The notes under the pieces: generated by a model | What the model saw: only the letters and a program-made list of their open reading frames with translations | Told to the model about the DNA's origin: nothing | Database searches by the model: none | Shown: positions 1 through 10,842 of the stretch, piece after piece | How the letters are laid out: each line of letters opens with the position of its first letter | Position numbering within the stretch: the stretch's first letter is position 1 | Source: Fimicolochytrium jonesii | Lineage: Eukaryota | Direction of reading: 5' to 3' | DNA length: 64,000 nt | Assembly: GCF_025526975.1 (NCBI RefSeq) | Contig: NW_026515679.1 | Coordinates: 124,001 to 188,000 of the forward strand | Program-made: the position numbers and the translations under genes

Positions 1-2092
1 GAACCGGACCGCGAGGGAAGGCTTGCATCGATTCGTTGCAGCAAATTGCAGGAGACATGCGTCGTCGTCGTCTCCCCAGCACGCCAGATAATAGGTGTAC
101 ATCAACGACAGTTGGGCGTTGGTTGGAAACTGGGAAAGGGCTTCTTCGAACACCAAGACCATAATCTTGCGACTGGTGTCCGTGATCTCGCAATCACGCA
201 AGAACCTGCACACGATATCGGCGTCCGTTGCCGCGTTGAACACCACCGGGGGCAATTCGGCTTTACGGGACGCAGCGGCATGGTATTGTAAAATAGTAGC
301 AGCGTCGGTGATGGGATCTTTCTTACCACCCAACGACAGTACGTCACTCGGGTCTTTCGGCGCATAAGGCTGCTCGATTGATTCCGCTCCCTGACGGAAT
401 TGTTTGATCTTGTCGTAATCCGATATATTCGGCGCGGTGGCAGAATGGCGCAGTTTGCCACTACCTTTCTCCAGATTGTCAATATTAGCTCCGGCCGTTC
501 GCATCATACCCCTGCTCTCAGCCCTATGGAGGCTTTGGGTGATGGAGTTTTGGCGGGTTGCTCGGATCCTTGGAGCACCCAGAGCGATCTTGTTCTCCTC
601 GGCTTCGTTCATTTGCAGTTTCCTCTGTAATCTGGCCATCGTGCGAGCCGTTTTCATCTTCAGGGTGTACTCTGTAGCATACCAGCCCCCGGCTAGTCCA
701 AACGGGACGCAGATGAAAATAAATGCGAGTCCGGCGTGGTTTTCTTGCGCTTGGACTGCTGCGGCTAGAGCAACGATGGACGACAGGAAGGACACGCTGA
801 AGAGGGCGACCCGCATGTTGTTGACGTGCTTGTTGAAGTGGGGCATATATTGCAAGTAGGCCATAATGAGGGTCAGGTTGGCCAGTACCAGAACGACCAA
901 CTTGCCGGGTGTGCCGATAAGAACGTCCACAAACACAATGACGACCTTGAATGAACATTCAAAAGTAAGTATGCTGCTCGTCCCTTTCATAACGCGAAAG
1001 GGATAACCTTCAAAACGAAGTAAAGGACGTCAAGCATTCCGTGAGCCTTCGCCGCCGGATTCCTCAAAGGAAAGGAGAACGTCAGATGAACCTCATCACA
1101 AGGGTCGCGCACCGCACCATCCTTCACTCACTTGCTATCAGGTCTGGGTATCACATAGATGTAGTTGATGAACAATCCAAACGGCAGGGTAAACGCAAGG
1201 CCGACGACCGAGAGGATGAAAATCGGGAGATGTTCCGGCGTGAAGCAGCGGTTGTCGGGGAAGTATTTGAGGTGGTGGCCGCCACCATCGATGTTAGACT
1301 CGCACACTGTCGTCAGGACAAAGATTTCCATGAACGGCATGAAGAGTGCAGTGGCGACGACTGTAGACAGTGCACGGAGGAGGATCAAGGGCCAGATCCA
1401 CTAATAGTCCAATTGATGTCAGGTGCTTTGAGTGCATCAATCCAAGTTCGCAATAGGAAATACCTGGAATCCTCCCCGATGCTGTGAATAGGCAGCGAAA
1501 ACACCCAGAGAGATCTGCAGCTTGTTTGTCATACATCCGGCGGCCTCGTCAAGAATCCGAAAAACTGTCGTGATCATACCGTAAGAGCGATGACACACAT
1601 CGATAGTCCGAAGAGGACTTGCAGAACCTTGTAGTTATGCTCAACAAAATTCAGCGGGTACATGATGCCGCGAACCACATTGGGCAGACCCCACACCGCC
1701 TCGGGATCCCAGGAGAACGAAATCATTTGAACGTCCTGTCATTCAAAATGCATGGATGCTTAGCACGACTGCATTCGCAAAGAGAAGCCATTCAATTACT
1801 TAGCTACCTCGACAACAATCATAAAGTATGCGAAGATGGATGAATGTTCGGCATCTTTGCACATCGTATATAAAAACGTGAATATTGTCTGCGCATCCGC
1901 CGTGAGTAAGTGTCTCGGCCAATAAACAAACCGGTGATGACGAAATAATCGCAGAACGCATACCTTCTCGAAATGAGACATGCGCAACCCCTTTTCGTAG
2001 TCATCCCGATCACTTCCGCCCATCTTTTTCTTTTTGGCTGGTGGCTTGTCGTCCACAATCTGCGTAAGTGCCGTTTTGTTATACGCTGACAT
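1..2092 (-). CDS. TmcB/TmcC (tiny macrocysts)-like multi-pass membrane protein, multi-exon, 3' end runs off the window
   Basis: Manual splicing from ATG 2092 gives MSAYNK...SHFEK|TIFTFLYTMCK...IVVE|DVQMISFSWDP...; later LRALSTVVATALFMPFMEIF...C...CFTPEHLP...IPRPDS, then YMPHFNKHVNNMRVALF and VFEEALSQFPTNAQLSLMYTYYL. This matches the N-terminal TM block plus TPR-like segment of TmcB/C-type proteins. GT-AG introns; frame stays open to base 1. Confidence 0.7.
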
Positions 2093-2463
2093 GGAACAGA
2101 GGAATTTCGAGGGAGGTGTCTTGGTCAAGCCGATTTGAGGAGCGGGTAGTTGATGCGGATGCCTAAGCCCTACCCTTTGTGACCGTTAAAGTATACCTTT
2201 CACAGCCATTCCACGGTCTTAGACTACGCGCAACAAGTTTAGAGTTCGGTTCACTCTATCAATATTGGCAGATATACAGAAATGACCCAGCGCTTCCAGA
2301 ATGTGGAAGAGGTTCCGTCTAAAAGGGGGAGTCTACGTATATATAACATATGAAGTAAATGTACAGGAAGGGAGGAGAACGTCACTGGGAACGTCGCTGG
2401 GATCGTACCAGAGGGAACGTCACTGGGATCGTATGGCCCCTCGTCGCCAGGATCTTGGATACG

Positions 2464-2590
2464 TCACGTTTTTATATACGCTCCATCCTTCGCGTACTTT
2501 ATGATTGTTGTCGAGGTAGCTAAGTAATTGAATGGCTTCTCTTTTAGTCGTGCTAAGCATCCATGCATTTTGAATGACAGGACGTTCAAA
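2464..2590 (+). repeat. Inverted duplicate of 1726-1881 (TmcB-like exon end + intron + next exon start)
   Basis: Reverse complement of 1726-1881 aligns almost exactly, apart from two internal deletions; the GTAGCT...TGACAG intron is retained at 2516-2580. Confidence 0.95.
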
Positions 2591-2660
2591 ACGCGATGGT
2601 AACAGGAGGAGATGCATGAGCTCAGTACCAGAACGCCATTGTGCTCGGCACCTGGCTTGT

Positions 2661-3065
2661 TTAACGAGAGCACTTGTTACCAGGGAGGCATGGGGGGTAC
2701 TGAAAGTCGTCCTGGAGATTCCACTTTCCCTGGAGGCCGCCGTGGTTACAGCCTCCACAATTTTTCCCATAAATAACGCGGTGCGGGCCAGTATTGACCG
2801 TCTTACAGCCCATGCGGTGGAGGTGATTCACACCAGTCTTCCAGTTGTTATAAGTGCTTTGAGACCTCGGCGCTAGGCAGCACGTGTAGCGGGCGTTGCT
2901 GTGCGACGAGGAAAAGTAAATATTGGGGCAGGAGGGTGAACTGGGAAAGAGAATGATGCTCACCAATTTGGGATCGAATCCCCAAGTTGCGCGAGACTCG
3001 AGGGGCTTGGCCGCCGCAAGGGTGGCAGTTGCGGCGAGAGCGGTTGCGATAGTGAAGGACTTCAT
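2661..3065 (-). CDS. Small secreted protein (signal peptide, Cys-rich C-terminus), splicing uncertain
   Basis: MKSFTIATALAATATLAAAKPLESR is a typical fungal signal/pro-peptide; candidate intron 2963-2873; C-terminal frame carries several Cys. Confidence 0.55.
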   Translation of the reverse strand: MKSFTIATALAATATLAAAKPLESRATWGFDPKLVSIILFPSSPSCPNIYFSSSHSNARYTCCLAPRSQSTYNNWKTGVNHLHRMGCKTVNTGPHRVIYGKNCGGCNHGGLQGKWNLQDDFQYPPCLPGNKCSR

Positions 3066-3730
3066 TTGGGTCTTGTTGTTGGTTTGTTAGATAGATCTCT
3101 GTTGCAGAAGCTGTTTAGGGGATACGGTGGGTCTTCAAGTGCAGTCCCGCCTTTTATCTCGTTTCTGCGATGCATAGTATAGGAGGAGGTTGTTACTGAA
3201 GCTTCCGTGGCGCCTATGCTGCTGTAGAAAGGTCCCAGGGTTTACGCTGTATGAAGGGACGATACCAGATGGGGCCCCATCAACGATGGCTGCATGCGCA
3301 AGTCGGAGTTCGGGGCGCTGTTGGTGCTCACGCGTTCTGACCGTATCTCGAGATCTCACGTGACTGGGAAATGGCGGTCTCTCTGTCGGTTCCCTGTCCT
3401 GGCGGCGCGCGGAATCTTTGACCTGAATTGCAGCCTCAATCGGAGTCAATTGCGATTTTCTGAACGGTCGCGTGGGGATGAAAGTGCTCACTACGTATCG
3501 GCTACAACACCCATGTGCGCTCTTCACACAGCGCCGCTGAAAGGTCAATTCTCTGCCGCATGCGCCGGCGTTTCGTTGCCGCTGCTCCAACCCAGTTTGC
3601 CTTCTTTTGTTTGGGCCGGTCGCTGTTCCGTCTTGGCCTGGCAACGTATCCGGTTGAACGCATTTGCAACTAGTGTCAGAGATAATACAGTCAGTTCCCA
3701 GTCCATAGGCATTCGCTCTGCTTTCATTCG

Positions 3731-6329
3731 ATGCGTTGGGGAAGGTCAAATACCACCGCCGCCGACGGTAGAAAGGCCGCCAAGCGAGGAGCGGCGGCGG
3801 CTAAAACTTCTGTGAAGACAACGACAGATAACGACAGCTTGCCGGCCGTCCTGCGCTTTGCCATTGTATCGCCATTGCTGGTGTTCGTCGACCAAGGTAC
3901 TTTATATAGGATGGCGCTGCACCGTCTATTTCTTGAAACTGACGTTTCCTTTTTGCCCCACCACAGCCCTTGCATATGGAGAAGTTTCTGGCTTCGCTCG
4001 AACCTTATACCAACTTTTCTGTCTTGTTCTGCTCTATGTTTCGTTGGGCGACGGGGCATTGTTTGAAGAATGGAGGAAATGGAGAAGACGTCCTGGGGCA
4101 AAGACGATTCGCGTCCGTGGTCCGTCAGCTGATCCCAGGAACCGAGCCCCTCTCGTCTCCCCGCCTGAGAGAGCCATCGCCGACCGTGGACGTATTGCAG
4201 AGCCTGTGGAGAGTCTCCGAAGGAGCGAAGAGCCTACGGAGCCCTATCAACCAGCCGAATACAGCATCCCACAAACCAGCTCCCCAGTCGAACGTGAGCG
4301 TAGCACAACCGATGTGCCGATGATTTTTCCTCCTCGGGTGTCTGAAAAGCCCCTGTCGGCTAAGTCCTCATATATCCCGGCTCCAATTTCGCGTGGGCCA
4401 CCTTCGATTCCATTGCCAACGCCCGTAGAAGCCATATATGTTGCTGAACGGAGTCCTGCAAAGGCTTCCACGGAGCAGAGTCCCGTCGCTCCAGTGGTGG
4501 AGCCAATCGCATTCGCAGAACCACCTCGAACTGCGGATGCTCCTATCCGCGAACCTATACCCGAAGCTGCGATCATCACAGAGAAGGAGATTCCAGAGGC
4601 CCGTTCCGACCACGTCCAAAGAAAGCCGGTTATCGACAATCGCTCCCCGCTTCCTCCAGCATTCAAAGACGAGATTGTCATGATGATTCAAACTTTACTT
4701 CATCTGGTGAATGATGAGATCCAATGGACGGATTCCAAGCAGACGCACCAGCAACCTGTGCCATGCACTTTGAGCGTGCACAAGACGATCGCAGAGGCGT
4801 GGAAGGTACGTCCATCGAGCGTGTATGTTCTTAAACTATGACATCGTGCTAAATGCCCTGTTTTCCTATGTTTAGTTCACTCTGGACGTGGATGTCAGTT
4901 CGGATGATGCTTTCGCATTTCTGTCGAATTCATCGGTAAGTGCCGCATAAGCAAGTCTGCAATAATTTTCTATCGATCTCATATTCGTCGTCCTATCCGT
5001 AGACTCGTTCAAACTGGGATCCGCTCACAGAGAATCTGAGCGTTTTGCGCAATTATGTTGCGCCACAGAACGGGTCTACGCGAGTGCAGCATCATGTTCT
5101 GAAGGGGGTTTTCCCCACAATACCGCGCGAAACGGTTGTTCTCTTCCACGCGCAGAAACTGACGGGCGACCGAGCGGTGCTGATTCAGAGGAGTGTTCCG
5201 TGGGCCGACGATGTTCCGGATGTAGATGGTATCAAAGTGGAGACTAACATCTGCGGCACATTGATCGGTGAGTTTCAAATTTTCGAAATCAAAATGCGGC
5301 CCATCTAGTACTCAATAGTTCTCTCCAGAGCAAACCGGACCCTCTTCCTGCCGAATTACCCATATTCATGATATCGACTACCGATTGGCTATCCACACTC
5401 CCATCTCTCAGTTCATGACAACAGTTGTCGCTCCCCAAGCCATTCGACGACTTGCTGAGACCCTGATTCAGCACCGAGACTCGCAGGAGTCAGCAACACA
5501 AGACGAGGGCTACGAAGAGTTGGAGACCATCTTCGACTCCTACAGTGATAGCGATCCGCGCAACAGCCGACAGTTGTCACCGGAGCCGTTAGCGGTGGCG
5601 GCGGAGCGTACCCCGGCCAACGTCAAGGCGAACTACCGAGACTCATTTGCCTCGCAGCTGGGGATATCGCAGGCGGCAACGGACAATCGTTACGCTGAGG
5701 ACGTCGAACAGATGGTGCAAGATGTGCTGAGGAACCGGACTACCGAGATATGGACCCAGAAGGTTTCTCGTGCTGGGACGACGGTTTTCCAAAGTGCTGA
5801 AGGACAGTTCCGGTTCAGGGTCACAGCTGATTTGCAAGGCACGGCTCGCACTGTGGTAGGGCATTGTCAAAGCTATGAATGTTATATACCTGAGCACAGC
5901 CCTGACGAAGCTTCGTTCTTGCAGTTCAAAACCCTCGTATCCCTGAAAGACAAACCCATCTGGGACCCGCATTGCGATAGCGCGAAAGTGATCGAAGAGC
6001 TCGACGCCAACTCCTGCATATACCGCCTGAGGACAAAGCAAGACCGCGAAGGCTCCTCTGACAGCATGGTCCTCGCCCATCACCGCATGCTTGACCCGAA
6101 CCGGTTCGTTGCTGTATACTGGACCTTCAAAAAGGCCGGCGGTGGCAGTCTCTCGGCGTTCTTCTGCGAAGCCCATCCCCGTGACGCGACAAAGTGCATC
6201 CTCACCCACCTCATCAACGGCGATGACTTTGAGGGGAGCTCGACGACGGTTGACTTTGTGGCCATGCGTACTCTTCCTGCGGCCATGAACAATCTGAGAA
6301 CTCTTCTCGCAAAACATATGCGAGGCTAG
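3731..6329 (+). CDS. Membrane-anchored protein with Pro-rich linker and probably two START/Bet v1-like lipid-binding domains
   Basis: Spliced N-terminus has two hydrophobic stretches. WDP...E(R)VL...VQHHVLKGVFPTIPRETVV (~5005-5270) and IWDPHCDSAKVIEELDANSCIYRL...CILTHLINGD (5385-6329) resemble START folds. GT-AG introns. Confidence 0.65.
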
Positions 6330-6685
6330 ATATCTGACACGGCGTAGTCTGCTAGAACTAATGTATAGAACCTCATAGAATATGTAATACTCTTTATAAT
6401 GATTAAGTTAGTTATATCCAAAAAAAAACAACTTTACAAAATCTAACAGGGTGAAGAACAATAAATAAGGTGATACTTGTTTCCGGCAGGATGAAACAAG
6501 AGTCCCAAAAAAATTCACAAGGTCTGAAGGGCATATAGTCCCTCGGTTCAAACAATTTCTACACTTGACTTTGCTTCAACAAAAATGATGGGGAAGGCTG
6601 TCCAAAATACACGGCGGTTTGTGCAGTGGGGGGGTCGGGTGATATAATATATGTCGTGGCCCGAGTCGGGGCGTAGGGTTGTCTT

Positions 6686-8354
6686 TCAACGGTTTTTGAT
6701 AAAGTGGGATTTGGCGTCGCCTTTTCCACATTCGAACTGGTAGCAGACGCAGAGGAGAGGTGGGTTCTGCGAGTGAGGGAGATCGAAGGCTGGGGAAATA
6801 TCTTCGAAGACCTGAAATAGAAGAGAAACGGATGGATGGTCAGTCAACTGGGACGAGATGAATAGATTCAGCAAAGACGCCGTTATACACACCTGCATAA
6901 CGCTCAAATTATCGACCGCAATACGCTTCTCCACCTCCATTTCGAAGCAATGCAAGCCGGCCAAAAACGTCGAAAAAAAGCGTTTGACGAAATCAAAATG
7001 ATATAAGTTGCGTTTGTTGAGCGGTAACGTCCCGATGTTGTTGGTCCGGTCTTCGCTGCCCGCACCCGACAGGCAAGCACTTTGATAGCTGCCCCGGCGT
7101 GACGAGCTGCGTGTGGCGTACGCGTGGTGGTACGGTTGTGTATGGGCATCGTTGAAGCTATCTTTTATGTGATGCGACGATGGGGGGCCGTGGGCGGTCG
7201 GGCATTGGATTTCTTTGGTTTCGAGGATACGTTGGCCGAAATGGTATACGGTGGTTGTGCATTCGATGGTACGTGGCCGGTTAGTTTCCAGGACGCTGAC
7301 GTTGTGGAATTCGCCGGGAAGGAGGAGGTTTAGGTCGAGCGGTACCTGATGAAAGCAAGACGTTGAGTATCATTCTCGATGTGGACTAAGGAACGATGAA
7401 TCCTTAATGTGAAGAGCATACCTTGACCCACATAAACGAGTTGGTCGGGATGCCGCGATCGCACATCTCCTGAAGCCGTGGAAATCGATCGCGGCAGAGG
7501 GCAGAAGCGTCGACGACCTCTCCGCCTTCTGTGTCAAGTTTCGTGAGGCGTGCCAATTGATGGCGGTCAAGCTAGACGAGAACCGACAGGATCGTTGAGC
7601 AATCGATGTCTTATAGGCGGAACGGTAGGTGGCATCGCCTCACCTCCAGCTCCTCATGCCCCTCCATCAGATCCAAATACAGATAAAAGTAGTTCATGAC
7701 CATGTTCTCGACTTCCGTCCGCGAATGCAGGAAGTCGGCGGCCAGCGAAGGTACGGTCCGAGGTCGCTGCATTTTCATGTGGAATTGCTGTTGTCGCTGG
7801 AAGGTCTTTAGCAGCAAACTTTGCGCCGTCTCCTCGATCGGAGTTGGGTATGGGGTTTCATCTTTGGCTTTTATTTTTTCTTGCTCGCGTTGGAGTAGCT
7901 CTTGCTATGTGAGGCAGGTAGGGCCCGGTAAGGATAAAGGGGATGACGAATACATCGTTGAGGGTGTGTGGGTCTTACCATCTTCAACCGGCCCAGGGTC
8001 GGAACGGTCGGCGTGTTGGATGATTGATGTTTGCGCTTCCGGTACTCGTTGGGTTGCTTCTCGGCAACTGGCGCTGCTAGTGAAGATGAATGTCAGGGAA
8101 CGTCCCTGTGAGGATACCACAGCGGCGCATGCTACTCAATCTTACCAGGGACATCCTCAACCGATCGGTTCCGCTTGAGGTTTGTCTTCGTGTTGGGCGG
8201 CGGCGATGGAAACGGATCCCAGTACTGAGCAAATGAATCCCTATCAGCAAAGAATTCCAGGCCAATGCGGAGGTCGGAGATCAAAATCGCTTACCTGTTC
8301 GACCATGCCCATCTGGGCTGCCAACTGTCGCTCAAATTCTGTTCCGGCGAGCAT
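6686..8354 (-). CDS. TEAD/Scalloped-type YAP-binding-domain (YBD) protein with no recognisable TEA DNA-binding domain
   Basis: Exons 7571-7422, 7345-6893 and 6811-6686 splice to VDASALCRDRFPRLQEMCDRGIPTNSFMWVK|VPLDLN...IECTTTVYHFGQRILETKE...AVDNLSVMQ|VFED...LLCVCYQFE. These are collinear with TEAD YBD motifs (FFLVKFWADLN, CSTKVCSFGKQVVEKVE, VLENFTILQV, LLCIAYVFE). Start at 8354 is tentative. Confidence 0.7.
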
Positions 8355-9770
8355 GTTCAGGAGATATATGCCGTGAAGGGGAGCGTGTACTGTTCAGGAG
8401 AACTGAGCACTGAGTTTTGCGGGCGCTCCGGTATATGTTGCGGAGTACGTTGCGGAGATGTGAGTGCTTGCTCCGACAGGTGAAATTGACACGGATGTGG
8501 TGTCAAGGAAGGTCTGGCGAGTTGATAATCAATGCAGGATTTGAATCGCAAACGGACTAGACTACTCGTGATTGTTGTGAGCTTGAGAGCGCTACCGAGG
8601 GTGAGGGAGAACGAGCTAGCGCTGATATACGGGCGCTTCGCGGACGATGGAGCACTAATAGGATGGCCCGTGCAGGGCTATCAGGATTTAAGCTTGACTT
8701 TATGCGCTGGGGCCGCACCGCTCCGCCGATAAATCTGTAATTGCGGTGAAAGAATTGGGCTCAAAGTCGGTTGCGGGACGAGAGATATCTGGCTGATTTA
8801 CAGCCGAGTACGAACCCGGAATTTCAACAGTCTGTTATTCATTATTTTGGCAACTCTATGGTCGTTTGGCAAGATATCTTGCGAACCAGCGCTGAAGGGA
8901 CTTTTGCCATTAATTACCAAATACGCTGGACCCTACAGAGAAGCTTCTACTTTTGGGCGGTATACCTCCGTCAGTGAACCCCTCGCGGTCAGAATATCAT
9001 TCATGACATTGCCCCAGCAAAGACACTCATCGTTCCAGGGTCCGTAGCTCTGTCCTGACGGTCTGACGAGACCCCATTTTTGCTGCTGTAGGTATGCTAA
9101 GCCGCAGATTACTAGCCAGGGGCCAGGGGTAAGCGCAAGCGTGATGTCTAGATCGGCCCCCTCTTTCAAACTCCGCCGCGGACGTAAGGCGTCGCGCAGC
9201 AAACCGGTAAAGTAAGTAAAGTGAGTAAAGTGAGTGCTCACCACCGCATTGCGTTGTAAGTCCCCACTTGACAGATTGCGTGCGCCACTAGTACTGCTGA
9301 GTATAGAGCCGGGCTATCCAGGGGACGGGCTACAGAGTCATTCTACAGGAACACCGAACACGGTAATTGCGGGCCACAGTCATTCCACAGGAACACCGAA
9401 ACACCGTGATTGCCACTCCAGAACGGGAAGTAGAAGGAAGCGTCAATAAGCTGAACCTCATAAAGTTTGCTTGGCCACTGTATGTACAGTATTTGCCAGC
9501 TCTGCATGTGCAGCAGAGAAGGAAGTAGATCAAAGAAGCACCAAGTTGAATGTCCAAAATTTCATTGGTAACAAGGTACACTCAGGAGCGTTTCGGGACG
9601 CTAAGCGCAATCGACTCACGCAACTCGTACAAACATCGGAAGATACCGCCAAAAAGATGAATATGATTTACTATAGACAATGATAGATGATGCTTTCCAA
9701 AAGGCTAATTACACTAATCACATTGGCGGCATATGCGGGGAGGGACCATTAGCAATTGCCGGCCGCCCAA

Positions 9771-10354
9771 TTACTGGACGTCAATCCTCTTGCGTTGCTC
9801 GGCAGCGGGATTCTTGGGGAGCGTTAGCTCCAAGACGCCGTTTTCCATACGGGCGGAGGAATTTTCGACTTGGGCGTCAGGAGGGACGCGCAGCGAGCGA
9901 CGGAATCGGCCGAAGGAGCGCTCAACGATGTGGCGGCGATCGCTTTTCTCTTCGTGTTCGGACTTTCTCTCGCCCTCCAGTGTTAACATGTTGTCTTCGA
10001 CGTGGATGTTAATGTCTTCTTTCTTGAGGCCAGGCAAATCAGCTGCAATGCACAAATGGAAGTCGTTAGTCATCCGCTCCAACCATCCGTCTCTCACCCA
10101 GCAGTACACATGGACCTACCTTTGATCACGTACTCCTTCTCGTTCTCGGAGACGTCGATACGTGGGCCGCGGAAGACATTCCAGGCGGCTTGATCTCCGC
10201 CCCTAGTGGCCAGAGCACCACCAGTCCCGGTGTCACCGCCTTCATTTCCAGACGTGAGCAAACCGCGGTTGCTCAGTAGCGGGTCACGGAAGAACTCTGG
10301 GAATCCGACGTTGAAAAACGGGTCGTTGAGAAGGGAACCCCACATTCCAGACAT
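9771..10354 (-). CDS. Small heat-shock protein (HSP20/alpha-crystallin domain), one intron 10119-10043
   Basis: PRIDVSENEKEYVIK|ADLPGLKKEDINI...ERSFGRFRRSLRVP...ARMENGVLELTLPK...RKRIDVQ (IxI/V tail). Confidence 0.95.
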
Positions 10355-10481
10355 TGTGCTTCTTGCTTGCTTGAGAATCGAGGTTGGTCGAAAGACAGAT
10401 GCGAGCATAAGAATTTGTCGATGTGTTGGATTTGAACTGGATGGTGAATTGAGACGGCAGGGCAGGCGGTCGCCCGCCCGC

Positions 10482-10584
10482 CTTTTATAGACGACGAGAG
10501 TGCGGGGGCATGGTGCGGATGCAGGGTAGGTTTCCGTTCAATCCTGTCCTACGGACGCGTCCTTTCTCTGGAAATTTCGAGAAA
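10482..10584 (-). promoter_or_regulatory. HSP20 promoter: TATA box (TATAAAA, ~10482-10488 on -) and three-unit heat-shock element (10570-10584)
   Basis: gGAAatTTCgaGAAa is a perfect nGAAnnTTCnnGAAn array ~85 bp upstream of the TATA box of a heat-shock gene. Confidence 0.8.
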
Positions 10585-10820
10585 CGTTCTGTTGATCTCG
10601 GAAAACCGTCAAAGTACAGTACTGTCATTTGAGCGCGCCTCCACAACACTCCAGGTCATACACGAGAGTTCGAGCGAGGCGTCATCGCATGTGAGGTGCG
10701 GCATGACCAATTTGGCATGACCTAATAACCGCACTTTGGGGGAATATAGTGGATATCCTCACTGTATCGACACGTCGTCCAGTGTTTTCCACGAGTTCCG
10801 CCGCTGCACCATGGAGAACC

Positions 10821-10842
10821 GGGGGGGGGGGGGGGGGGGGGG
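10821..10842 (+). repeat. G22 homopolymer
   Basis: 22 consecutive G. Confidence 0.95.

Noticed and set aside
9206..9425. GTAAAGTRA microrepeat and a ~40-bp two-copy repeat, considered as CRISPR-like
   Set aside because: Only two imperfect copies, no unique spacers, no cas genes, eukaryotic context.
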